Assembly: GCA_963765495.1 (NCBI GenBank)
Contig: CAVXWP010000007.1
Span: 96,001-160,000, forward strand
Source: Blastocatellia bacterium
GTDB taxonomy: Bacteria > Acidobacteriota > Blastocatellia > UBA7656
DNA: 64,000 nt
Direction of reading: 5' to 3'
Shown: positions 35,014 to 43,389 of the stretch, one piece after another
Layout of the letters: each line of letters begins with the position of its first letter
How positions within the stretch are numbered: position 1 is the first letter of the stretch
Notes under the pieces: generated by a model
The model's database searches: none
The model's input: only the letters and a program-made list of their open reading frames with translations
What the model was told of the DNA's origin: nothing
Program-made: the position numbers and the translations under genes

Positions 35014-35094
35014 AGCCGGATGACAACCGATGGCCATCGCCTTTGCGCCGGGGCCGTTTACGAGTCTCCTGATGAATAGAGGTAAAATGTGGGC

Positions 35095-35640
35095 TCAGTT
35101 TGTCTGGTATCCAGGTGGCGGAAAGTTGCGCGCCCGGTCATCGAGAACCAGTACCCAGTCATTGCCACGCCCGCTTGTTGAAGGCACAAATTCTCGATCT
35201 TCCATTCTTGTGAAGCTCGCGATTTTCGTGCTTTTCCCCGTTCTGGGATTATACCAGTAGGCCATCAGTCTTTGCCCTTTTAACCTGCCTGTTGCAATCC
35301 TCACGGGCCTGCCTGTAGGTATGTAAACAAATGCAAAGCTGCCGTCTTCGGCGCGAGCCGCATTTATATAATCCTGCCCCTTGCCCGGGTTGCTAACGAT
35401 CATTGCCTGATCCGGCACAAGCTTTGTGAAGGGCCGCGACTGGAAAAGTCTACGCAGGTATTTCATCTGCACAGCGCCGGGTTGATTTAACGCCTCCCGC
35501 CAGGGAGTCCTGGCCGCCGTGATAGGCTCGCGCCCCGGTCGCCACATCTGCCATATATTGTGATTGCCGTAGGTGTGTCCGCACGCTCCCGCCAACAAAG
35601 ACCAGTAGGCAGCCTGCCTCGCCTCCGAGTATCCGGGCAG
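35095..35640 (-). pseudogene. C-terminal fragment of a GH140/DUF4038 glycoside hydrolase
   Basis: RQAAYWSLLAGACGHTYG..IWQ...WYNPRTG...DWVLVL; N-terminal catalytic part absent. Confidence 0.75.
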
Positions 35641-35686
35641 GTCGAAACGGCTGGCAGACGAGCAGCGTAGCGGCAAATTGAGTATC

Positions 35687-35907
35687 CAGGGCCATTCAAT
35701 TTTTGAGTAGCAGGCACGAGGCGGAAGAAATGTTGAAAGTTGAGTTCAAGCAAAGGCGTGTTGAAATAGGCCGCGGATAACGCGGATCGGGCGGATTTTC
35801 GCGGATTTGCTCATAAAGAGTCAGATCCGCGTAGATCCGCCCGATCCGCGTCCGTCCCGGTCTATTCCCAGTCTCCTTATCTACACTTTGAAAACTGAAT
35901 GGCCCTG
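35687..35907. mobile_element. 221-bp MITE with 17-bp TIRs and 10-bp target site duplication
   Basis: TIRs cagggccattcaatttt / aaaactgaatggccctg (16/17 match); direct repeat attgagtatc at 35677-35686 and 35908-35917. Confidence 0.9.
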
Positions 35908-35934
35908 ATTGAGTATCGTATTTACCTGCCGATA

Positions 35935-35971
35935 TTTCTTGAAATAATAGAGGGCATTCCTGTGTCTAAAT
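35935..35971 (+). promoter_or_regulatory. Putative ECF sigma autoregulatory promoter TTTCTTGAAATA-N16-TGTCTAAAT
   Basis: Identical bipartite motif and spacing at 41487-41523 (-). Confidence 0.8.
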
Positions 35972-35986
35972 GGTAGTGTAAATAAA

Positions 35987-36568
35987 GTGAATGACCGCAA
36001 CACCGACATCAACGCTTTGATGGATGAAGAACTGGTGGAGATGATCGTCGCCGGCCAGGGTGAAGTGTTTAGTCTTATATATAATCGTTATTACTCTCGT
36101 GTTTATCGTATGGCTTACGCAATGACAGGCAGCCATCATTCCGCAGAAGATATGGCCCAGGAGGTTTTCATGAGAGCCTACCAAAAGATAACGCTCTTTG
36201 GCGGAAAATCGAAATTCTCGACCTGGCTGTACCGACTTGCGCATAACCACTGTTTGAATCATTGCAAACGCGAGCATGTGCAAGACAATATGCAATTCGA
36301 TGAAATGAGGTCATCGCCGCTAAACACTTCCTTCGAGTCTGCGGAAAGCAGGCTCCTGCAAACACAGGTTCAGAGCGAAATACAGAAAGCTCTGCTCAGT
36401 CTGAAACCCGAGGTGAGATTGATTATCATTCTCAGAGATATTGAGGGGCTGACTTATGCAGAGATATGCGAGCAATTGAACTGTTCGACAGGAACCCTGG
36501 CCGCACAACTGAATCGCGCACGGAAGTTAATAGCCAGAAAGCTGGAACATCTTCGAGGCACAATTTAG
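35987..36568 (+). CDS. ECF RNA polymerase sigma factor
   Basis: AEDMAQEVFMRAY, SKFSTWLYRLA.N, LRDIEGLTYAEI; 193 aa. Confidence 0.93.
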   Translation: MNDRNTDINALMDEELVEMIVAGQGEVFSLIYNRYYSRVYRMAYAMTGSHHSAEDMAQEVFMRAYQKITLFGGKSKFSTWLYRLAHNHCLNHCKREHVQDNMQFDEMRSSPLNTSFESAESRLLQTQVQSEIQKALLSLKPEVRLIIILRDIEGLTYAEICEQLNCSTGTLAAQLNRARKLIARKLEHLRGTI

Positions 36569-36570
36569 CT

Positions 36571-38784
36571 ATGCTGGTATCATACAAACAACTTGGCGAA
36601 TATCTGTTCTGTGTTGCCTATTTTCGACGCCTGCTTACTCCCTATATTGATGGAGAGCTTGACGCGTTGAAACAAACTCGCGTGCAACGGCATCTAGGGA
36701 AATGTGAAAGGTGCCAGCGCGAATACGACCACCTGCTGTTTGCTTCTCGGGTGGTATCTCATCTGATCTTGCCCGTTGAACCGCCGACAGGGATGCCTGC
36801 CTGGTTTGCGCCCGTCCGTGTTGAGGATAAGTTTCGCTCGTATTGGCGGCCATGGAAGATACTCGTGCCGTTTGCCGCAGCAACCCTGGCGACTCTCCTC
36901 ATCGCCGTCGTGTTGATTCATCGGCGTCACATGGATCAGCAAAATGGTTCCTTGAATCAGGAGGTTTCCTGGAATGTCGTACGCCTGGCGGGCACGCCGC
37001 TGATCAACTCAAGCCGGATGAGTAAAACAAATGAGATTAAAGTGGGCGACTGGCTTGAGACCGACAAGAGCTCCCGAGCCCTGCTCAATATGGGAATCCT
37101 GGGGCAGGTCGAAGTGGACCCCGACACGCGCATCAGGCTGGTCGAGTCGCGCTCGAATGAGCAAAGACTCTCCATAACTCGCGGTCGCGTCTACGCGACC
37201 ATCCTTGCTCCGCCACGCATTTTTTTCATTGAGACGCCGTCGGGAATCGCGATAGATCTTGGCTGCGCCTACACGCTTGAGGTTGATGAATCGGGGCAGA
37301 GCACCGTCTACGTCTTTTCCGGGGGGGTCGCCTTTGCCTATCGAGGCCGGGAATCTACAATCCCAGCAAACATGGCTTGTCGCGCAAGACCCGGTAGCGG
37401 GCCGGGGACTCCTTACGACAGGGGCGCTTCGGAGTCGTTTCAAAACGCGCTTGCGGAATTCGATTTTGAAAGCGGAGGTTCACAGGCTCTTCAAAAGGTA
37501 CTGGCAGAGACACAGGCGTCGGATGCCCTTACGCTCTGGAATTTGTTGAAGCGTGTCGAAGGCCGAGACCGGGATCGGGTTTATGAGAAGCTTGCCAGGT
37601 TTGTTCCTCCCCCCGATGCTTCAACGAAGGAAGGGATACTTCGGCTCGATCAGCCAATGCTCGACCTGTGGCTGCAAAAGGTCGATGAAGCAAGAGCAGG
37701 TCACGAGTCAAAACGGAGACCCGCACCAGGCACAATAAGGCTTACGGGCAATATGGAGGTTGACCGTTCCTGGCACAGGGCGATTTTGTTGCCCAATGGA
37801 AAGGTATTGGTCACAGGCGGGCTCGACAGCTACGGGAACGCTCTGGCGAGCGCAGAGCTTTACGATCCTGCAACCGGCGAATTTACCGATGCAGGAAAGA
37901 TGAACTCAAGACGCTATGCTCATAGCGCGACGTTACTCAAAAACGGTAAGGTGTTGTTTGTCGGAGGCGGAGAAGGCAAAGAGACAAGGGATACTTTATC
38001 GAGCGCCGAAATCTATGACCCCAACACAGGTCTCTTTACTCCAACAGGTATGTTAAAGACTGCGCGCCTTGCGCACGAAGCCACCCTGCTTGCTGATGGA
38101 AGAGTGCTCATCACCGGCGGTATGGGAGGGAACGGCGATGCGTCCTGGCTGGCGAGCGCAGAGATTTACGATCCCGCTACTGAAACATTCAACGAGACTG
38201 GGAAGATGCGCGAGGCGCGGGTAGATCACACCGCAACGTTGCTAAATAATGGCAAGACGCTCATTGCCGGTGGATACGGCAATACAGGCGCAAGAAACGG
38301 CGTGACCTCAAGCGCAGAGCTTTACGATCCTCAGACAGGCAGCTTCTCGCTTGTGTCGAACATGAACTTTCATCGCTTCAAGCATTCGGCAGTACTGCTC
38401 AATGATGGCAAGGTTCTCATCGTGGGAGGCATAGCCTCTTCCAGCAATCCGCGCCAATATACGACGGCAGAGCTTTTTGATCCTGCAACCAACAGCTTTG
38501 TAAATACAGGCGACATGGTTTTGGACCGCTACAAGGTTAGAAATGCCGCCGTGCGGTTGCAAAACGGCAAAGTGTTTATCGCCGGCGGAAGTTGGGGTTT
38601 TGAGATTTACGACCCGGCTACGGGCACATTCAGCATGAACACAGGCAGGATGAACATGACGCGATATTATTCGACGGCCACACTGCTGCCAAACGGCGAT
38701 GTCGTAATCATCGGTGGTTATAGCGGCATTCAGCCCGAAGATTTCTATCACTCAAGCGCGAGCGCGTGGATCTATAGCCCCTGA
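36571..38784 (+). CDS. Anti-sigma factor: zf-HC2 + TM + FecR-like + Kelch beta-propeller
   Basis: YIDGEL...HLGKCERC; TM ILVPFAAATLATLLIAVVLI; FecR-like FFIETPSG...G; about 7 repeats H.ATLL.NGKVL..GG...SAE.YDP. Confidence 0.88.
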   Translation: MLVSYKQLGEYLFCVAYFRRLLTPYIDGELDALKQTRVQRHLGKCERCQREYDHLLFASRVVSHLILPVEPPTGMPAWFAPVRVEDKFRSYWRPWKILVPFAAATLATLLIAVVLIHRRHMDQQNGSLNQEVSWNVVRLAGTPLINSSRMSKTNEIKVGDWLETDKSSRALLNMGILGQVEVDPDTRIRLVESRSNEQRLSITRGRVYATILAPPRIFFIETPSGIAIDLGCAYTLEVDESGQSTVYVFSGGVAFAYRGRESTIPANMACRARPGSGPGTPYDRGASESFQNALAEFDFESGGSQALQKVLAETQASDALTLWNLLKRVEGRDRDRVYEKLARFVPPPDASTKEGILRLDQPMLDLWLQKVDEARAGHESKRRPAPGTIRLTGNMEVDRSWHRAILLPNGKVLVTGGLDSYGNALASAELYDPATGEFTDAGKMNSRRYAHSATLLKNGKVLFVGGGEGKETRDTLSSAEIYDPNTGLFTPTGMLKTARLAHEATLLADGRVLITGGMGGNGDASWLASAEIYDPATETFNETGKMREARVDHTATLLNNGKTLIAGGYGNTGARNGVTSSAELYDPQTGSFSLVSNMNFHRFKHSAVLLNDGKVLIVGGIASSSNPRQYTTAELFDPATNSFVNTGDMVLDRYKVRNAAVRLQNGKVFIAGGSWGFEIYDPATGTFSMNTGRMNMTRYYSTATLLPNGDVVIIGGYSGIQPEDFYHSSASAWIYSP

Positions 38785-38886
38785 TCAACTCTTTGCCAAA
38801 TCGAACTGCACAAGATTGGCACAGTTGAATCAGCAAGGATATCCAAAGCAACAGATAGGCTTGTGATCATTAAAGCCCTACAGTTA

Positions 38887-40017
38887 TCAATACACGGCTC
38901 TCAGAATGTCTGAATAAAGAAAATCAACCGGTTCGGCGAAGGTTGATGAGGTGTTTCCAGTAATGACAACTACCATGTCGTATTTCGGGATGACAAAGAT
39001 CCACTGATCGCGTGCGCCAGAGGCCGTGTAGATGTCTCCGTCAGCATCTTGCACCTTGCCTGATCCATCGAGCGGCAACAGCCACCATAGATAGCCGTAG
39101 TCCACCGGGTGCGAGTTGAATGTTCGCGGATTTCTCACCCAGTGTTGCAACGACTCTTGCAGCCATTCTTCGGAAATGACCTGCTCGTCTTGCCACCTTC
39201 CTTTTCTAAGTACCAGGTAGCCAATCTTTGCCATATCCTTTGCCCGAAGATACAAGCCGCCACCCATGTGCGGTAAACCTTCCGGGCGTCCCTGAACCCA
39301 CCGCGCCGTCGTGATGCCGAGCGGGTAGAAAAGGAAGCGTTGCGCGAAGTCGTCTACCGAAGTGCCTGCGACATTGAGAATGATCCCACCGAGCACGATC
39401 ACGCCGCCACTGTTATATTCGAAACGCAGGCCGGGCGGTTCGCGCATCGGCCAATTAAGTACGAACCGCAGCCAATTGCAGCCGCAGGTGTTCAACTGTT
39501 GCAAGGGTGATCCGGCATAAATCGATTCGCTCCAATCCAAGCCAGTTCGCATCGTGAGCAGGTCTTGTAGGCGGAGGGCGGTTTTGCGCTCGTCAAGATT
39601 CCTGACGTTTGGGTATTCGGGGAAATAATCTAACACTCGATCATCCACGCTGTGAATCTTTCCCTGTTCGAGAGCGATGCCGATGAGCAGTGACGTGATG
39701 CTCTTGGTGTCCGATTGTAACGTATGCACATCATCCGGCGTGGAGCCGTTGAAATATTTTTCAACAACCAGGTAGCCGTTGCGCACTATCAAGAGGCTAT
39801 TGAGGTCTCTGATCTCGTTTCTGCGGATTCGTTTGACGAGCTTCTTCAAGATCTTCTTATCCAGCATCTGATCTTCCGGTTTAGATCTTCGCCACTCGCC
39901 GGTCGGCCAATAATCGGTCTGACTCTGCGCCGCGACTTGCAAGGAAATGCAACCAAGGGCAAACAGAGAGAGCGAAAAGATTACCAGAGTCCTTTTTAGG
40001 CTGCATATGTGTGCCAT
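38887..40017 (-). CDS. Secreted serine hydrolase (beta-lactamase class C-like)
   Basis: SxxK (SDTK), YxS (YNS), YGYLWW; signal peptide. Confidence 0.9.
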   Translation of the reverse strand: MAHICSLKRTLVIFSLSLFALGCISLQVAAQSQTDYWPTGEWRRSKPEDQMLDKKILKKLVKRIRRNEIRDLNSLLIVRNGYLVVEKYFNGSTPDDVHTLQSDTKSITSLLIGIALEQGKIHSVDDRVLDYFPEYPNVRNLDERKTALRLQDLLTMRTGLDWSESIYAGSPLQQLNTCGCNWLRFVLNWPMREPPGLRFEYNSGGVIVLGGIILNVAGTSVDDFAQRFLFYPLGITTARWVQGRPEGLPHMGGGLYLRAKDMAKIGYLVLRKGRWQDEQVISEEWLQESLQHWVRNPRTFNSHPVDYGYLWWLLPLDGSGKVQDADGDIYTASGARDQWIFVIPKYDMVVVITGNTSSTFAEPVDFLYSDILRAVY

Positions 40018-40140
40018 ATCTAAATCTCCGTTCCTCACTCATCACCCCCCACATACTGGGTTAGTTCGTCAAAGCAAACCTCTCCACATCTGCTTGATCA
40101 ACGCCAGGATTGCGACAAAACCCGGTAGCCCGTTTCGTCG

Positions 40141-40198
40141 GCCTTAACGATGAGCCTTAACGATGAGCCTTAACGGTGGGCCTTAACGGTGGGCCTCA
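40141..40198. repeat. 13-nt tandem repeat x4
   Basis: gccttaacgatga x2, gccttaacggtgg x2, gcctca. Confidence 0.9.
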
Positions 40199-41428
40199 TT
40201 CAATGGCGTACAAAGTTCCTGTCGCTCCGACATTGGTGGCAAAATAGATTGCCCCATCGCCGATTGCCGCACCCGCGATGATTCTGCCGTCGGCCTGAAA
40301 CCTCCAAAGCTGCTCGCCCGTCTGCGCGTCCACGCCATAAAAATAACGCTGTTCGATTGTGTCATCAAAATTGGCTTCTCCGAAATAAACGACTCCACCT
40401 GCCACAATCGGATCGGCCGTGGCTGAGGCTTCAGCCTTGAAACGCCACACCATCTCGCCTGTCTGTTTATTGAGAGCAGTTACATACTGATCCTTATTTC
40501 CAATATAGACAAGATCGTCGGCTACGGCGGGGCGAGACCATGCGAAATCGCCTCCTCCTCCTGAATAACTCCAAATGACTTCCCCGGTTTGACTGTCCAG
40601 CGCTTGAAACATCCCATCCACACTGCCGATATAGAGCAGCTCGTCGGCAAAAGCGATGCCGGTCGTCCAGGCCGATGAAGCAGGTCTGTCTATCTTCCAT
40701 TTTTGCTGGCCGGTCTCGCTGTCTATAGCATAAACAGAATAAACGCTTGTCGTAGAGTCGGCCGCTGAAAGATAAATCGTGCCGTTATCATAGACCGGCG
40801 GCGTATCCGAATCTCCGATGGTGATCGTCCACCTCTTCTCACCGGTGGTTGCATTAACGGCATAGAGCTTGTTGTCAAAGCAACTAAAATAGACGGTTGG
40901 GCCGACAACAAGAGGCGCGGTTAAGGCCAATCCCTTGGTCTTGATTTTCCAGACTTTCTTGCCCGTTCTAGCATTCAGGGCATAGAGGCGCAGGTTCTGA
41001 CCGACATAAACGACTCCGTCAGCAACAGCGACGGCAGAAAACAACGGCGTGGCCGGCTTGGGTTTAAACGCCCAGACTCTATTACCGGTGGCACTATCAA
41101 TTGCTTGCAGCCGACCGTTGCTGCCCATCAGATAAACGAGCCCGTCTGCAAATACCGCCGGGCCATGAGTAATCTCGCCGACTGCCGTCTGCCATCGGAC
41201 GCGGCTCATTGTCCGCAGCCCCGGCCCCTCATATGCTCCGGTTCGATGAGCGTCCCCACGATAAAGCACTACCTGCGAGGCGCTTTGCAAAGGCGCAGGG
41301 TTGAGATCAAGCCTATGACTCTTTGCAGCTACACTTATGGCTAAAACGTACCCTAAGATACACACTACTGAAATGATGGAAAGAAAGCCCAGAGCCACTT
41401 GCACGCTCTTCTCTTCGTTAATCCTCAT
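40196..41428 (-). CDS. Secreted PQQ-like (BamB-type) beta-propeller protein
   Basis: YRGDAHRTG and 8 repeats of LYA.D..TG...W. Confidence 0.88.
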   Translation of the reverse strand: MRINEEKSVQVALGFLSIISVVCILGYVLAISVAAKSHRLDLNPAPLQSASQVVLYRGDAHRTGAYEGPGLRTMSRVRWQTAVGEITHGPAVFADGLVYLMGSNGRLQAIDSATGNRVWAFKPKPATPLFSAVAVADGVVYVGQNLRLYALNARTGKKVWKIKTKGLALTAPLVVGPTVYFSCFDNKLYAVNATTGEKRWTITIGDSDTPPVYDNGTIYLSAADSTTSVYSVYAIDSETGQQKWKIDRPASSAWTTGIAFADELLYIGSVDGMFQALDSQTGEVIWSYSGGGGDFAWSRPAVADDLVYIGNKDQYVTALNKQTGEMVWRFKAEASATADPIVAGGVVYFGEANFDDTIEQRYFYGVDAQTGEQLWRFQADGRIIAGAAIGDGAIYFATNVGATGTLYAIE

Positions 41429-41486
41429 GGACGGTTTCCTCCTGAAGCGATATTCCTTGATGCAGATGCAACAACTCCCAACTTCG

Positions 41487-41523
41487 ATTTAGACAGCTTA
41501 GGAGGAGAGAATATTTCAAGAAA
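41487..41523 (-). promoter_or_regulatory. Putative ECF target promoter TTTCTTGAAATA-N16-TGTCTAAAT
   Basis: Minus strand tttcttgaaata ttctctcctcctaagc tgtctaaat, about 58 nt upstream of ATG 41428. Confidence 0.8.
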
Positions 41524-41686
41524 AGAGAGTTAGTTCTGTTACGCTATCAGCCGTCAGGCGAATAGATATTCAGCTTCTAAACACAAGTTGTTAGTTCAGA
41601 TGAGATTTTCGGAAAAGCCAGTCACCATAGCGTTACCGCTCCAAAGGCATTGACTGTTGGATTGGCTGTAAATAATTGAAGATAGA

Positions 41687-41762
41687 TGGTGACTCGTACG
41701 GGATTTGAACCCGTGTTGCCGCCGTGAAAGGGCGGTGTCCTAGGCCTCTAGACGAACGAGTC
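41687..41762 (-). tRNA. tRNA-Glu(TTC)
   Basis: GACTCGTTCGTCTAGAGGCCTAGGACACCGCCCTTTCACGGCGGCAACACGGGTTCAAATCCCGTACGAGTCACCA. Confidence 0.97.
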
Positions 41763-41788
41763 AAACGGAGATTGTCAAAACTTACTTG

Positions 41789-41819
41789 TGAGCCCTGTAA
41801 GACTCAAACTCGCGACCCC
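41789..41819 (-). other. Degenerate duplicate of tRNA-Lys 3' half (att-like scar)
   Basis: tgagccctgtaagactcaaactcgcgacccc vs tgagccgtgtaggactcgaacctacgacccg at 42088. Confidence 0.65.
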
Positions 41820-42034
41820 TTAATCAAGGCAATAAGCTTGCGTGTTACAGCTAGTCGCCAAGTTCATAAACTAACAAATCATGTGCTGTCCTGTCCATAG
41901 CTTGTTGCCGATTTTATTTTGCCTGCCGTCAAGATCACCGGGCCAAACCGAACTCCTTCATAAGTTAGCATTTTGCGCGGTTTCGAAGGTAAAACACGTA
42001 TGGTCTTGCGGGAGTTCAATCAGGCGTTTCGGCT

Positions 42035-42080
42035 CTCAAATGAAAAAGGGAAGACATTCGATCTCCCCTTTTCATTTGAG
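42035..42080 (-). terminator. Stem-loop downstream of tRNA-Lys
   Basis: ctcaaatgaaaaaggg ... ccccttttcatttgag. Confidence 0.65.
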
Positions 42081-42084
42081 TTTA

Positions 42085-42160
<76 letters not shown>

Positions 42161-42333
42161 AATTTATCAAGTTTGAATGTCACTCATGCGTAAATATCGG
42201 TGACAAATTCAAAATTGCATCTTAGCAATTGGGGTTCGACCCGTCAACCCTGGCATTACTCCTCATTCTGCTCTCTGCAAACGACACGGCTGCTTGTCTC
42301 AAAGCTATTTTCAAGCTCCCGGCCAGAACCGGC

Positions 42334-43119
42334 CTAAAGCATGAAATTGAAGGTGATCGTGCCTATGACTTTTACACCTACGCCGTTGAGCATAGTTGGG
42401 TTCCACCTCCACTTTAGCGCCGCCGCGAGAGATACATCCTTTAACAACGGGTGGCCCGAAAGCACCCGCGCCGAAGACACATTACCCTGCTCATCAATCA
42501 AAACCTCGACTACTACAGCACCGCTGACGCAAGCGGCCTTTGCAAGCGCTGGGTATGAAGGCTCAACTTTCCTGATTGCAGTCCCTTGCAACATCTGGCT
42601 TGCCCGGCGAACAATCTGAACCTCGACGGGGGGCATCTGTCTTTTAGCCTCAGGCGGCTTGGGTGGAGGCGGCGCAGCAGATTTGTCTCCATACGGGCTG
42701 CCCGTATCTATTCCTTCGGGTATGCCTTTTGCAGAGCCAAAGGGTGAACCCGTATCGGCTCCATTCCTGTTGACCCCTACTGATATTGTTTCGATTTGAG
42801 GGAAATCCGGTGGCGTTTGTCTGGGCGCAGAAATCTTATCGGGGACAGTCAGTACAGACTGAATTCTTTCGACCGGCTGTGTCTTATCCGATGCCGACGG
42901 TCTGTGTTCTGAAACCCGTCGCAACGGGGCTGGCGGCGGTGTGGGTGTGGCAAGGGCTGTCAGTGTGTACTGATCGTTGAGGCGCGCGTCATAGGCGAAT
43001 ATTCCCGTGGCTATAATCATAGTGAGCGCCATCATCCATACAGTCGCTGTTGCTGTGAAGTAGGGCCATCTCTTGCCCCTTTTCCTGGCAGACGAGGATT
43101 CTACTAATTTTTCAAACAT
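42334..43119 (-). CDS. tonB: Energy transducer TonB family protein
   Basis: TM, Pro-rich linker, P.YP..AK...VSG.VVVEVLIDEQGNV...L...A......W.W.P. Confidence 0.9.
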   Translation of the reverse strand: MFEKLVESSSARKRGKRWPYFTATATVWMMALTMIIATGIFAYDARLNDQYTLTALATPTPPPAPLRRVSEHRPSASDKTQPVERIQSVLTVPDKISAPRQTPPDFPQIETISVGVNRNGADTGSPFGSAKGIPEGIDTGSPYGDKSAAPPPPKPPEAKRQMPPVEVQIVRRASQMLQGTAIRKVEPSYPALAKAACVSGAVVVEVLIDEQGNVSSARVLSGHPLLKDVSLAAALKWRWNPTMLNGVGVKVIGTITFNFML

Positions 43120-43224
43120 TACTCTCCCTCCAATGTTTTGCTAAGGATCACGGCGCTGACTACTTTGGCGCTCCCGCTCGAAACAGGGTGATTTGACAAG
43201 TGAGTGGAATCAAACTCCGCAGCC

Positions 43225-43254
43225 TTAGACTCCGGCCACGCTCTCTTTGTTCCC
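43225..43254 (-). promoter_or_regulatory. Putative sigmaE-like ECF promoter GGAACA-N16-AGTCTAA for tonB
   Basis: Minus strand gggaaca aagagagcgtggccgg agtctaa. Confidence 0.55.
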
Positions 43255-43389
43255 ATTCGTCTTTAACTGATTGAAAGGTTTATTGCTCAGGCATAAAATA
43301 GCCTCGCCGCGCAGAAGGATCAGCCGCTGATTCGAACAATCAATTTCTCGGCCCTCTTTTTGCGCACTTTTGAGCACAGGGAATCAACG

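Noticed and set aside
40141-40198. CRISPR array
   Set aside because: 13-nt contiguous units with no spacers and no cas genes; none of the other repeats has unique spacers either
35000-41687. Integrase-type island at tRNA-Glu
   Set aside because: No integrase and no duplicate of the tRNA-Glu 3' end found by eye
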